This document shows, in pieces, positions 18,013-26,876 of a stretch of DNA of 64,000 bases; position 1 is the first letter of the stretch, and every line of letters starts with the position of its first letter. The notes under the pieces are model-generated. The model ran no database searches and was not told where the DNA came from. It saw nothing but the letters and a program-made list of their open reading frames with translations. A program made the translations under genes and the position numbers. Source of the DNA: Candidatus Cryptobacteroides sp. (GTDB lineage Bacteria > Bacteroidota > Bacteroidia > Bacteroidales > UBA932); NCBI GenBank assembly GCA_045616385.1, contig JAZLGQ010000003.1, positions 1,438-65,437 of the forward strand. Direction: 5' to 3'.

Positions 18013-19312
18013 CGTTTGAAATGTTTTCTTCAGGGTTTTCGTGCATCTCTACAAGAGGTTCGGCCATAAGAGATTCCTTTTCGATCTTCCGGGCCGCTAT
18101 CCTGCTTATGCTCAGAATAATACCGAATGCGAGGCAGAAGCAGAGGAAGGCTGAGTTGCCGTGGCTGATTAGCGGAAGCGTCTGTCCGGTCATCGGCCCT
18201 ATGTCGGCATTGACGAACATATGGAGGAAGGCCTGGCCTGTGATGAGCAGACAGAGACCGGCCACCGTAAGCTTGGCGAAATCATCGCTGCCGCAGTTGC
18301 GGGCTATGAGCGATGCTCTTGCCAGGAGCGATACATATAGGAATATCACAAGGGCGGCGCCCCAGATTCCGTATTCTTCAACTATGAAACTGTACATATA
18401 GTCCTCGGACATATCCGGGACGACATATCTCTGCGTGCTCTGACCTGGTCCTTTCCCCAGGAACCGGCCTTCCTTGATGGCGATTTTTGCACTGATAGGC
18501 TGACGCAATGCGTCAAGAGCCTCCTGATACTCCTTGCTGCCCTTAGGTGCTGCCTCGAACTGCCCCTCCCAGTCGTCATCTTCAAAGACTCGCTCGATAC
18601 CGGTGCCGATGCGAGACATAAACCTGCCGTCGGAGATCTTGTAGATACCGACGCATATTGCGATGATGAGAGCTCCGGCCGCCGCGAGAAGAAACAGCTC
18701 GCGGGCATTCCCTCCGCCGAGCAGAATGACGATGAACATTATTCCGCCGATGAACAGGGCACTGGAGTTGCTGCCCGGAATGATCATCACGAAGGTGATG
18801 AGGAAAGGGGCGTAGAGATAGACCGCCTTCTGCCAGAGCGGATTTTCCGGCCATCTGAGGCTGCCCTCCTTCAGGGCATCGATCGCCCAGGCGAAGTAGA
18901 GCACCATTGCGACCTTGACAACCTCGAACACGTGTATCTGCACGCCGGCAACCGACAGTATGCGCCAGGCATTGTTGATGTTGATGGCCTTGATGAAAGG
19001 TGTCTTTATGTGCAGGTCAAGAATCAGCAGGAGCACGAACGAAACCAGGAATCCGAACTTGGCGCACCAGCGGAACACCCCGATGTTCTTGATGTTGTAG
19101 CAGCCTATGATGACAAGAAGCCCCGCACCCACCATAAACAGCTGGTTCTTGACGAGATCGAGTCTTGTCATATCGCCGCGCAAAAGTCTGGAGGTGGATG
19201 AGAACATACAGACGATGGAGATGAGGAGGAGCATCATCACGATGATCCACACCACCTTGTCGCCTTCTAGTCTCTCGGCCAACGGCCTGCCTGTCTTCCT
19301 TGTCCCTGCCAT
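18002..19312 (-). CDS. ftsW: SEDS-family peptidoglycan polymerase FtsW
   Basis: Multi-TM protein; GKGPGQSTQ, DYMYSFIVEEYG and TGQTLPLISHG; dcw position. Confidence 0.92.
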   Translation of the reverse strand: MAGTRKTGRPLAERLEGDKVVWIIVMMLLLISIVCMFSSTSRLLRGDMTRLDLVKNQLFMVGAGLLVIIGCYNIKNIGVFRWCAKFGFLVSFVLLLILDLHIKTPFIKAININNAWRILSVAGVQIHVFEVVKVAMVLYFAWAIDALKEGSLRWPENPLWQKAVYLYAPFLITFVMIIPGSNSSALFIGGIMFIVILLGGGNARELFLLAAAGALIIAICVGIYKISDGRFMSRIGTGIERVFEDDDWEGQFEAAPKGSKEYQEALDALRQPISAKIAIKEGRFLGKGPGQSTQRYVVPDMSEDYMYSFIVEEYGIWGAALVIFLYVSLLARASLIARNCGSDDFAKLTVAGLCLLITGQAFLHMFVNADIGPMTGQTLPLISHGNSAFLCFCLAFGIILSISRIAARKIEKESLMAEPLVEMHENPEENISNDEL

Positions 19313-19318
19313 ATATTC

Positions 19319-20650
19319 TTATAATTTTCTGACTGCGTCCTTGAATTTGCGGCCCCTGTCTTCGTAGTTGTCGAAGAGGTCGAAGCTTGCGCAGCAAGGG
19401 CTGAGCAGCACGACGTCGCCCGGGCTGGCGAGCCTTGCGGACTCGCGTACCGCCTCTTCGGCAGAACCGGTGTCCACCATAGGCAATCCGTACTTCTCGT
19501 AGGCGGCGTGTATCTTGCTGTTGTCAACGCCCATACAGACGATTGCCTTGACCTTCTTCTTGACAAGCTCGTCGAGGATGCTGTAGTCATTGCCCTTGTC
19601 CTTGCCGCCCACGATCCATATGACAGGGCTGGTCTGACATTCGAGCGCATACCACGCCGAGTCGATGTTCGTTGCCTTTGAATCATTGATATAGAGTACG
19701 TTCCTGACGCTCAACACCGGTTCGAGCCTGTGCTCGATAGGTGAGAATGTCTTGAGCGACTTGCGTATGACCTCGTCATCGATGCCTGATGCCTTCGCCG
19801 CCAGGGCTGCTGCCATAGAGTTGTAGATGTTGTGGCGTCCGCCGAGCGCGAGCTGGTTGAGATATATGTCGGTTTCTGCTTCGCCATAGCGCAGGACAAT
19901 CTTTCCGTCACGGATGAAAGCGCCCTGCCCGACCTCCTTTTCCTGCGTGAACGGAAGCATCTTTGCCTTGAGGACAATCTTGCTGAGGTGCCCTATGGTT
20001 ATCTTGTCGTCGGAGTCGAATATGAAGCAGTCCTCGGGACGGAGGTTCTGGGTAATCTTGAACTTGGCAAGGGTATAGTTCTCCATCTTGTGGTCATACC
20101 TGTCCAGGTGGTCGGGCGTGATGTTCATCAGGATGGCGATGTCTGGCCGGAAATCGTAGGTGTCATCCAGCTGGAAGCTGCTGATTTCAAGCACGTAGTA
20201 GTCGTGCTTCTCGGTTGCGACCTGCATAGCGTAACTCTTGCCTATGTTCCCTCCGAGACCGACGTTCAGGCCCGCCTCCTTCAGAAGGTAGTAGATCAGG
20301 GATGTCGTGGTGGTCTTGCCGTTAGAGCCCGTGATGCAGATTTTCTTCGCGCTGTCAAAACGTGATGCGAATTCTATCTCGGACACTATGTGTATGCCTT
20401 TTTCGGCTATCGCGCGCACCATCGGGGCCGTGGATGGGATGCCGGGGCTCTTCACCACCTCGTCGGCGTTGAGGATCAGGTCCTCGGAATGCCGGCCCTG
20501 CTCGTAAGGAATGTTCCATTCCTCAAGGGTCTTGACATATTCGGGCTTGATCGCTCCCATATCCGAGAGAAAGACATCGAAGCCCTTGACTTTTGCCAGG
20601 ACGGCGGAACCTACTCCGCTCTCGCCGCCACCTAAAACTGCAACTCTCAT
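19319..20650 (-). CDS. murD: UDP-MurNAc-L-Ala--D-glutamate ligase
   Basis: GGGESG, ITGSNGKTTT, EISSFQL, NDSKATN and SPCCASFD. Confidence 0.97.
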   Translation of the reverse strand: MRVAVLGGGESGVGSAVLAKVKGFDVFLSDMGAIKPEYVKTLEEWNIPYEQGRHSEDLILNADEVVKSPGIPSTAPMVRAIAEKGIHIVSEIEFASRFDSAKKICITGSNGKTTTTSLIYYLLKEAGLNVGLGGNIGKSYAMQVATEKHDYYVLEISSFQLDDTYDFRPDIAILMNITPDHLDRYDHKMENYTLAKFKITQNLRPEDCFIFDSDDKITIGHLSKIVLKAKMLPFTQEKEVGQGAFIRDGKIVLRYGEAETDIYLNQLALGGRHNIYNSMAAALAAKASGIDDEVIRKSLKTFSPIEHRLEPVLSVRNVLYINDSKATNIDSAWYALECQTSPVIWIVGGKDKGNDYSILDELVKKKVKAIVCMGVDNSKIHAAYEKYGLPMVDTGSAEEAVRESARLASPGDVVLLSPCCASFDLFDNYEDRGRKFKDAVRKL

Positions 20651-20651
20651 A

Positions 20652-21809
20652 TTATCTGATCTTCAAAATAGCAAGTGATGCCACTCCGAGCAATATTCCT
20701 ATAATCCAGAAGCGAGTGACTATACGAGGCTCCGGGATGTTTTTCTTCTGAAAATGGTGATGGAGCGGTGCCATAAGGAACACGCGCCGGCCTTCGCCAT
20801 ATTTTTTCTTGGTGCGTTTGAAATGGGTTCTCTGAATAATCACAGACAGGCTTTCCATCAGGAAGATGCCGCACAGCAGGGGCAGGAGGAGTTCCTTGCG
20901 GATGAGTACGGCGCTGACGCCTATGACTCCGCCTATGGTGAGGCTGCCGGTGTCGCCCATAAATATCTGGGCCGGGAATGTGTTGTACCAGAGGAATCCT
21001 ATGAGGGCTCCGACGAAGGCAGACATAAATATCGCTACTTCACCGGCACCCGGGATGTGCATTATGTTGAGGTAGCTGGCATCAAGCGCATCGCCGCTGA
21101 GCCAGGCCATCACGCCTATCACGACACCCACGATCGCAGAGGTGCCGGCAGCAAGGCCGTCCATACCGTCGGTAAGGTTCGTGCCGTTTGAGCAGGCCAG
21201 AATGACGAATATGATCATCATCATATAGATACCCCAGGAACAGTAGACGCCCAACTGGCCCTTGAACGGCGACAGCCACGAGTAATCGAACTCATTCGCC
21301 TTGACGAAAGGGATGGTTGTAATGAGGTTGTCTGAATGGATCTCGGGGCTGATGCAGCATATTAGGGCGATGAAGAGGCCAAGCCCGAACTGGAGTACAA
21401 GCTTGCCCTTCTCGCTCATTCCTTCCTTTTTATGCTTGAAAACCTTGATATAGTCGTCGGTGAAGCCGATGGCTCCGCACCACAGGGTGGTGACAATGAG
21501 CAGCAGGGTGTAGATGCTGTCAAGCCTGCACACCAGCAGGGCAGAGCCTATGACGGACAGGATGATGATGACGCCGCCCATAGTGGGGGTCCCCTTCTTC
21601 TGCATCTGTCCTTCCAGGCCGAGGTCGCGTATGGTCTCGCCTATCTGCTTTTTCCGGAGCAGGCTGATGATCTTGTTGCCGGCGACGAATGCAATGACCA
21701 TACTGATCACGGCCGCCAGCATCGCCCTGAAGGACAGATACCCCACCAAACCTGATCCCGGCAGGTCTATTCCAAGATCCTTGAGCCATTCGACTAAATG
21801 ATATATCAT
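20652..21809 (-). CDS. mraY: Phospho-MurNAc-pentapeptide transferase
   Basis: KKGTPTMGG, DDYIK, NLTDGMDGL, FMGDTGSL and MAPLHHHF. Confidence 0.97.
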   Translation of the reverse strand: MIYHLVEWLKDLGIDLPGSGLVGYLSFRAMLAAVISMVIAFVAGNKIISLLRKKQIGETIRDLGLEGQMQKKGTPTMGGVIIILSVIGSALLVCRLDSIYTLLLIVTTLWCGAIGFTDDYIKVFKHKKEGMSEKGKLVLQFGLGLFIALICCISPEIHSDNLITTIPFVKANEFDYSWLSPFKGQLGVYCSWGIYMMMIIFVILACSNGTNLTDGMDGLAAGTSAIVGVVIGVMAWLSGDALDASYLNIMHIPGAGEVAIFMSAFVGALIGFLWYNTFPAQIFMGDTGSLTIGGVIGVSAVLIRKELLLPLLCGIFLMESLSVIIQRTHFKRTKKKYGEGRRVFLMAPLHHHFQKKNIPEPRIVTRFWIIGILLGVASLAILKIR

Positions 21810-21812
21810 AGC

Positions 21813-23162
21813 TTATAAGGTTTTAAACACTTCTTCAACAATTTCCTTTTCATCGAAATGCATCTTCTCGGTGCCGAGAATCTGGTAATCCTCGTGGCCT
21901 TTGCCGGCCAGAAGTATGGTCGAGCCTTCAGGGGCCAGCATAATGGCTGTGCGTATGGCTTCCCTGCGGTCTGAGATGCATATGGTCTTTGCCAGACCCG
22001 ACGGTGTGAAGCCTTTCTTTATGTCTTCGATGATATCTTCGGTGCGCTCGGTGCGTGAGTTGTCCGAGGTTACGAATATCCTGTCCGCGAATTTTTCAGC
22101 GACCCCGGCCATCTCCGGACGCTTTGTCCTGTCCCGGTCGCCGCCGCAGCCGAACAGGCAGATCAGCTCGCGTTCTGGTGCGACATCGCGCAGCGTCTTG
22201 AGGACATTCTCCATCGCGTCGGGTGTGTGCGCATAGTCAATGATGACGCTGAGGTCGCGCGGACCGCGGTGGTTTTCGAGCCGCCCGGGGGCTGATTCCA
22301 GCTTGGATAGAGCGATGAGCGCCTCCTCTGCGGGAGTGCCGAGGGCGACGGCTGCGCTGTAGATGGCGAGCAGGTTGTATGCGTTGTGCGCCCCGATCAG
22401 CTTTGTCCAGACCTCGATTCCGTCCATCTTCAAAAGCATACCGTCGAAACTATCTTCGATGATGCGGCAGGTGTGGTCCGCTGCGCTGCGGCAGGAGCAT
22501 GTCACAACCTTTGCCCCGGTGTTCTGGGTCATAACGGTACCGTTGCGGTCGTCTATGTTCGTGATGGCGATCGCGCTTGCAGGCAGGCTGTCGAAGAACA
22601 TCTTCTTGCAACGCAGATATTCTGCGAATGTCCCGTGATAGTCAAGATGGTCGTGGGTGAGATTCGAGAAGATTCCGACGGCAAATTCCAGGCAGGCGAC
22701 CCGCTGCTGCTCGACTCCGATGGAGCTGACTTCCATAAAGCAGTATTCACATCCGGCATCAACCATTTCGGCCAGCAGGCGGTTGATGGTGATAGGGTCG
22801 GAGGTGGTGTTGGTGGTCTCGGTGCGTCTCGGACCGACGTAATTGGCTATGGTCGAGAGGAGGCCGCATTCATAACCGAGACTGCGCATCATATTGTACA
22901 GCAGGGTGACAGTGGTTGTCTTCCCGTTGGTGCCGGTGATGCCCACGAGCTTCAACTTTCCGCTCGGATGACCGTAGAACTCATCGGCAATGCGGGCAAG
23001 ACCGAGCCTGTCTGTGGAGACATAGTCGGCCGCGCCGGCCTTCAAGGCGGCATCGATGTATTTGTTGCCGTCGTCGTTGGCTCCCTTGACCGCTATGAAA
23101 AGGCAGCCCGGGGTGACTTTGCGTGAGTCGCAGGTTATTGCTGGATACTCTCTCGGAAGCAT
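21813..23162 (-). CDS. murE: UDP-MurNAc-dipeptide--diamino acid ligase MurE
   Basis: GITGTNGKTT, MEVSS, NLTHDHLDYH, DYAHTPD, GCGGDRD and AGKGHE; specificity motif reads DNSR. Confidence 0.95.
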   Translation of the reverse strand: MLPREYPAITCDSRKVTPGCLFIAVKGANDDGNKYIDAALKAGAADYVSTDRLGLARIADEFYGHPSGKLKLVGITGTNGKTTTVTLLYNMMRSLGYECGLLSTIANYVGPRRTETTNTTSDPITINRLLAEMVDAGCEYCFMEVSSIGVEQQRVACLEFAVGIFSNLTHDHLDYHGTFAEYLRCKKMFFDSLPASAIAITNIDDRNGTVMTQNTGAKVVTCSCRSAADHTCRIIEDSFDGMLLKMDGIEVWTKLIGAHNAYNLLAIYSAAVALGTPAEEALIALSKLESAPGRLENHRGPRDLSVIIDYAHTPDAMENVLKTLRDVAPERELICLFGCGGDRDRTKRPEMAGVAEKFADRIFVTSDNSRTERTEDIIEDIKKGFTPSGLAKTICISDRREAIRTAIMLAPEGSTILLAGKGHEDYQILGTEKMHFDEKEIVEEVFKTL

Positions 23163-25009
23163 GGGTCTATGTTGTATAATTTGTCTATCACTGTCTTTAT
23201 CGCGCGGGCGGGGATTCCACCACCCTGGAACTGCTGGTTGGTCGGCTTGGAATAAACCATACAGATCACGCTGTACTGCGGGGTGTCTGCAGGGAAGAAT
23301 CCGACGAAGGTTCCCTGATATTTACGCTGTCCGGCCGCGTTGACGTACTGCCCGTTTTCGTAGGTGCCGAACGAGGTTCCCGTCTTGCCGGCGACAGAGC
23401 ACTTCGCGTCCTTCAGCCGTTTTGCCGTGCCCTCTTCAGTCACTGCCTTGAGGGCCCTGGTTATGGTGTCGGCTACCGCCTTGGTGCAGACGGCGGCGGT
23501 GAGGATGCTCGGGCCGCGTCTTGTCGTCACCTTTCCGTCAACTTCAAAGTCCTCCACGAGGTATGGTTTCATCATCTTTCCCTTGTTGGCGATGGCGTTG
23601 TAGAAGGTGAGTATGTGGAGCGGTGTCTCTTCCGTACTGTACCCGAATCCGATCGAGCCGAGGTCGGTGTCGGTCCAATAGCGGGTCTTCGGGTTAGGGA
23701 TGGTCGGGGTCTGAAGACCGTCCAGGTCGAAGTCGAAGGCATCGCCGAGCTTGTAGGCGTAGATGTTTCCGAGGAACTTCTCGGTTCTTTCATAATCCAC
23801 TTTCTTCCCCTTGCGGGTCACGCCATAGTTCTGCACGGCGAGGGTGGCGAATACGTAGTTGGATGATATCTTGAAGCCGTCGATGACGGAAATCCTGTTG
23901 GTGTGGTGGGAGTGGACGAATTCCGGGATATGAGGGTCCTTGATGGTTGTTCCGGCCACGTTCCCGTTCGTAGCCGGCAGGGTCTCCTCAAGGCTGTGGA
24001 TGTATCCGTCGTTGAGGACGGACATAAGGGTGACGGTCTTGAAGACGGATCCCGGTTCTCCCTTGCGGCCGATGGCCATATTCTGGATTTCCTCGAAGGT
24101 GTGCGAATCCTTGTCGCGCGTGAGGTTGACCATCGCACGGATGGCGCCGGTGCTGACTTCCATCAGCACGAGGCAGGCCCCTTCAAGGTCGGCCTCGTTC
24201 TGAATCTGCTCGCGCAGAGCCTTGTCGGCGATCTCCTGATAATCGATGTTGATCGTGGTGCGGAGGTCCTGACCGTCGACGGCGCGGGTATAGACGCTGT
24301 CGCTGTTGCGCACGCGGCCGAAGTCGGTGACGCGCAGCCACTCTATGCCGTCGGTGCCGTGAAGGATATGGTCGAACTTGCCTTCAAGGCCGATATGGGT
24401 GTTGCCCACGTTGGACTTGTTGTTGCGGACGAATCCTATGGTGCGGCGCGCCAGCTTGCCGTAAGGGTACTGGCGTATGGACTCCTGTTCGACGATGAGG
24501 CCGCTCTTGTAGCGTCCTTCGCGGAAAAGTGGAAGTTCTACTATCTTGTTGTACGCGTTGCGGTCGACAGGTTTGCCTATCTTGAGATACTTCCTGCCCG
24601 ACAGGCGCGCTCCTCGGATGAGGTCATAATATTGCTCGGGTGTCCTGTCGCCATAAATCTCGGAGAGGCCTGCGCTCAGCTGGCGGGCCTTGTAGAGCCA
24701 CTGCTCCTCTTCTTCCGGGGTGTTGCTGTCACGGAGAACCGTGCAGTCCATACATATCTGATAGATAGGGCAGGACATAGCAAGCAGGCGGCCGTTGCAG
24801 TCGATGATGTTACCTCGTGCCGGGTCGATGGTGTTGACGACGTTTGCAGGGGTGAGGGCATCCGTCATCTTCTGACCCGGGTCGAAGGAAACCTGGATCT
24901 GGACAATCCTGGCTATGAGCAGCAGCGAAGCTGCGAGCAGAAGGATATAGACAAGGTAGAGTACGACCCCTATCCTGTCAAGCTTCTTTTTTGTCTTCTG
25001 TTCTGCCAT
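23135..25009 (-). CDS. ftsI: Class B penicillin-binding protein FtsI
   Basis: N-terminal TM, RGNIID, RQYPYG, GLEG, SVFK (SxxK), SSN and KTGT; no PASTA domain evident. Confidence 0.9.
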   Translation of the reverse strand: MAEQKTKKKLDRIGVVLYLVYILLLAASLLLIARIVQIQVSFDPGQKMTDALTPANVVNTIDPARGNIIDCNGRLLAMSCPIYQICMDCTVLRDSNTPEEEEQWLYKARQLSAGLSEIYGDRTPEQYYDLIRGARLSGRKYLKIGKPVDRNAYNKIVELPLFREGRYKSGLIVEQESIRQYPYGKLARRTIGFVRNNKSNVGNTHIGLEGKFDHILHGTDGIEWLRVTDFGRVRNSDSVYTRAVDGQDLRTTINIDYQEIADKALREQIQNEADLEGACLVLMEVSTGAIRAMVNLTRDKDSHTFEEIQNMAIGRKGEPGSVFKTVTLMSVLNDGYIHSLEETLPATNGNVAGTTIKDPHIPEFVHSHHTNRISVIDGFKISSNYVFATLAVQNYGVTRKGKKVDYERTEKFLGNIYAYKLGDAFDFDLDGLQTPTIPNPKTRYWTDTDLGSIGFGYSTEETPLHILTFYNAIANKGKMMKPYLVEDFEVDGKVTTRRGPSILTAAVCTKAVADTITRALKAVTEEGTAKRLKDAKCSVAGKTGTSFGTYENGQYVNAAGQRKYQGTFVGFFPADTPQYSVICMVYSKPTNQQFQGGGIPARAIKTVIDKLYNIDPCFRESIQQ

Positions 25010-25012
25010 AAC

Positions 25013-25357
25013 TTACTTCAGTACCGTGGCGGGCTTCTGCGGCTCGCCAATATTTGACCCCATACGCTTCAGCCCGCTCTCGACTTCGGAGCGGCGGCTG
25101 AGCTTTACGACTTCGAAGACCTTTTGGGAATGCTGGATCTCCAGCTCCTTCAGTGTGGCCTTGTTCTTCTCGACCTTCGCCATACTGGTCTCGATCATCA
25201 GGCTGAGCCAGATGACCATCGCAAACAGGAAGAAGGTATATACTATGTGCACGAAATACCGGCCGATGTTCAGTCGGAGCAGAAATTCGCCCTTGAGGAT
25301 AGCCGCCAGGCTATTCTTGATAAAGGTCCATATGTCTGCTATCTTCCAGGTTTTCAT
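25013..25357 (-). CDS. ftsL: FtsL-like cell division protein
   Basis: 114 aa with a single TM and coiled coil; between rsmH and ftsI. Confidence 0.8.
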   Translation of the reverse strand: MKTWKIADIWTFIKNSLAAILKGEFLLRLNIGRYFVHIVYTFFLFAMVIWLSLMIETSMAKVEKNKATLKELEIQHSQKVFEVVKLSRRSEVESGLKRMGSNIGEPQKPATVLK

Positions 25358-26256
25358 ACTTTTTCTGCAATCCTCAGCTTTGCGCTGCGTGCGCGCGTGT
25401 TCGTCTCTATCTCGTCCTCTTCCGGCAGTATCGGCTTGCGGTTGACCGCTCTCAGGGGAGCGCTGCTGCGTCCGAAGACATCCTTGGTCTCCTCGCCTTC
25501 GACGTTGCCGGCCTTGATGAAATTCTTTACCATACGGTCTTCGAGCGAATGGTAGGTGATGACGGCAAGGCGGCCCCCCGGCTTGAGGGATCCGGCGGCT
25601 CCCGCGAGGAACTTCTCGAGCGAGCGCATCTCTTCATTGACTTCGATGCGGAGGGCCTGATAGACCTTTGCGAGGTACTTGTGTTCAGCGAATGTTGGCA
25701 GGGCAGCCGCTATGGCATTGTCCAGGTCATCGGTTGTCCGGATAGGGCTGCCCGCTCGGGCTGCAACGATAAGCTGCGCCACGCGGCGGGAATTGTCAAC
25801 CTCTCCGTAGAGCCTGAGAACTTTTTCCAATTCTTCTTGCGTATAAGAATTTACAATGTCGGCAGCGGTTTTTTTGCCCTGCACGTTCATTCGCATATCA
25901 AGAGGAGCGCTGTATCTGAATGAGAAGCCGCGCTCAGCGGTATCAAACTGGTGGGAACTTACGCCGAGGTCGGCGAGAATCCCGTCGAGACCCTGCGGGA
26001 AATTGAGCAGGGTGTAATTGTGTATGAATCGGAAGTTGTTGTGGACGAGGATGAAGCGTGGGTCGTCGATGGCATTCCCGAGGGCATCCTCATCGCGGTC
26101 GAAACTCATAAGGCGGCCTTTCCCGCTCAGGCGTGAGATGATCTCACGGCTGTGGCCGCCTCCGCCGAAAGTGGCGTCGGCATAGCAGCCGTCCGGGTTC
26201 AGGACCAGGGCGTCAACGCTTTGCTTGAGAAGGACGGGATTGTGATATTCGCTCAT
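25354..26256 (-). CDS. rsmH: 16S rRNA m4C1402 methyltransferase
   Basis: HNPVLL, DATFGGGGHS, DLGVSSHQ, QALRIEVN, YHSLEDR and RSAKLR. Confidence 0.97.
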   Translation of the reverse strand: MSEYHNPVLLKQSVDALVLNPDGCYADATFGGGGHSREIISRLSGKGRLMSFDRDEDALGNAIDDPRFILVHNNFRFIHNYTLLNFPQGLDGILADLGVSSHQFDTAERGFSFRYSAPLDMRMNVQGKKTAADIVNSYTQEELEKVLRLYGEVDNSRRVAQLIVAARAGSPIRTTDDLDNAIAAALPTFAEHKYLAKVYQALRIEVNEEMRSLEKFLAGAAGSLKPGGRLAVITYHSLEDRMVKNFIKAGNVEGEETKDVFGRSSAPLRAVNRKPILPEEDEIETNTRARSAKLRIAEKV

Positions 26257-26265
26257 TGCTGCCCT

Positions 26266-26715
26266 CTATTTGCGGGAGAGGCTTTTTGCAATGGCAACAT
26301 AATCTTCTTTAGAAACTTGTGAACTCTCGAAATTCTCTTGTGCCCAGATTTCTATCTTGAAGTTGATGCCAAAGAAAACCACTTCCTTGTCAACACCGAT
26401 TGCGTCAAGAAGATATCGGGATATCGAGATGCGCCCGAGTCTGGCGTCAGGCTCCACAACGTCGCAGTCACGCATATATTCTCTCCAGAATTTGACGTGA
26501 TCCGGGTTGAAGAAATCAAGACTCTCGCGAATCTTGTCTGATTCGCGTTCCCACTCGGCGTAGGACCACATCTCAAGACAGTTGTCGTAGAGACTTTTTT
26601 TGATGACAAACCTCAGGTCGCTCCCCGGAGGTACGGCACCCTTGAACGGCGCCGGGAACACCAATCTGCCCCTGTCGTCGACCTTGGATGTGTATTTTCC
26701 GATGAACGTGACCAT
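26266..26715 (-). CDS. mraZ: Transcriptional regulator MraZ
   Basis: FIGKYTSKVDDRGRL and a second repeat D..LGRI...KIEIW; first gene of the dcw cluster. Confidence 0.92.
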   Translation of the reverse strand: MVTFIGKYTSKVDDRGRLVFPAPFKGAVPPGSDLRFVIKKSLYDNCLEMWSYAEWERESDKIRESLDFFNPDHVKFWREYMRDCDVVEPDARLGRISISRYLLDAIGVDKEVVFFGINFKIEIWAQENFESSQVSKEDYVAIAKSLSRK

Positions 26716-26734
26716 AAATTCTTATACGCATCCA

Positions 26735-26790
26735 CAAAGTTAGAAAATATTTTTACATTTTCTTCCACTGATTTACATTTTTTTACACTC
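26735..26790 (-). promoter_or_regulatory. dcw promoter -7 element plus four 10-nt-phased repeats (candidate MraZ operator)
   Basis: Minus strand gAGTGTAaaaaAATGTAaatcAGTGGAagaaAATGTAaaa (26790-26751), followed by TAACTTTG (26742-26735). Confidence 0.65.
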
Positions 26791-26824
26791 GGCGGGCTGA
26801 TGCTGCCGCTGCAGTGTTGGCAGA

Positions 26825-26856
26825 ATAAAAGCAGCCGGCTGGGGAACAGCCGGCTG
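26825..26856 (-). terminator. Intrinsic terminator of the carboxyltransferase gene
   Basis: Stem cagccggctg (26832-41), 5-nt loop, cagccggctg (26847-56), then TTTTAT on the minus strand. Confidence 0.7.
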
Positions 26857-26876
26857 TAAATGGGTAAGAGGGGGAA

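Noticed and set aside
23903-25057. Long antisense ORFs (also 2822-3910, 11195-12019, 13460-14269, 42884-44113, 44857-45831)
   Set aside because: Each lies opposite a well-supported gene, has no recognisable motifs, and is expected from C/G-ending codon bias.
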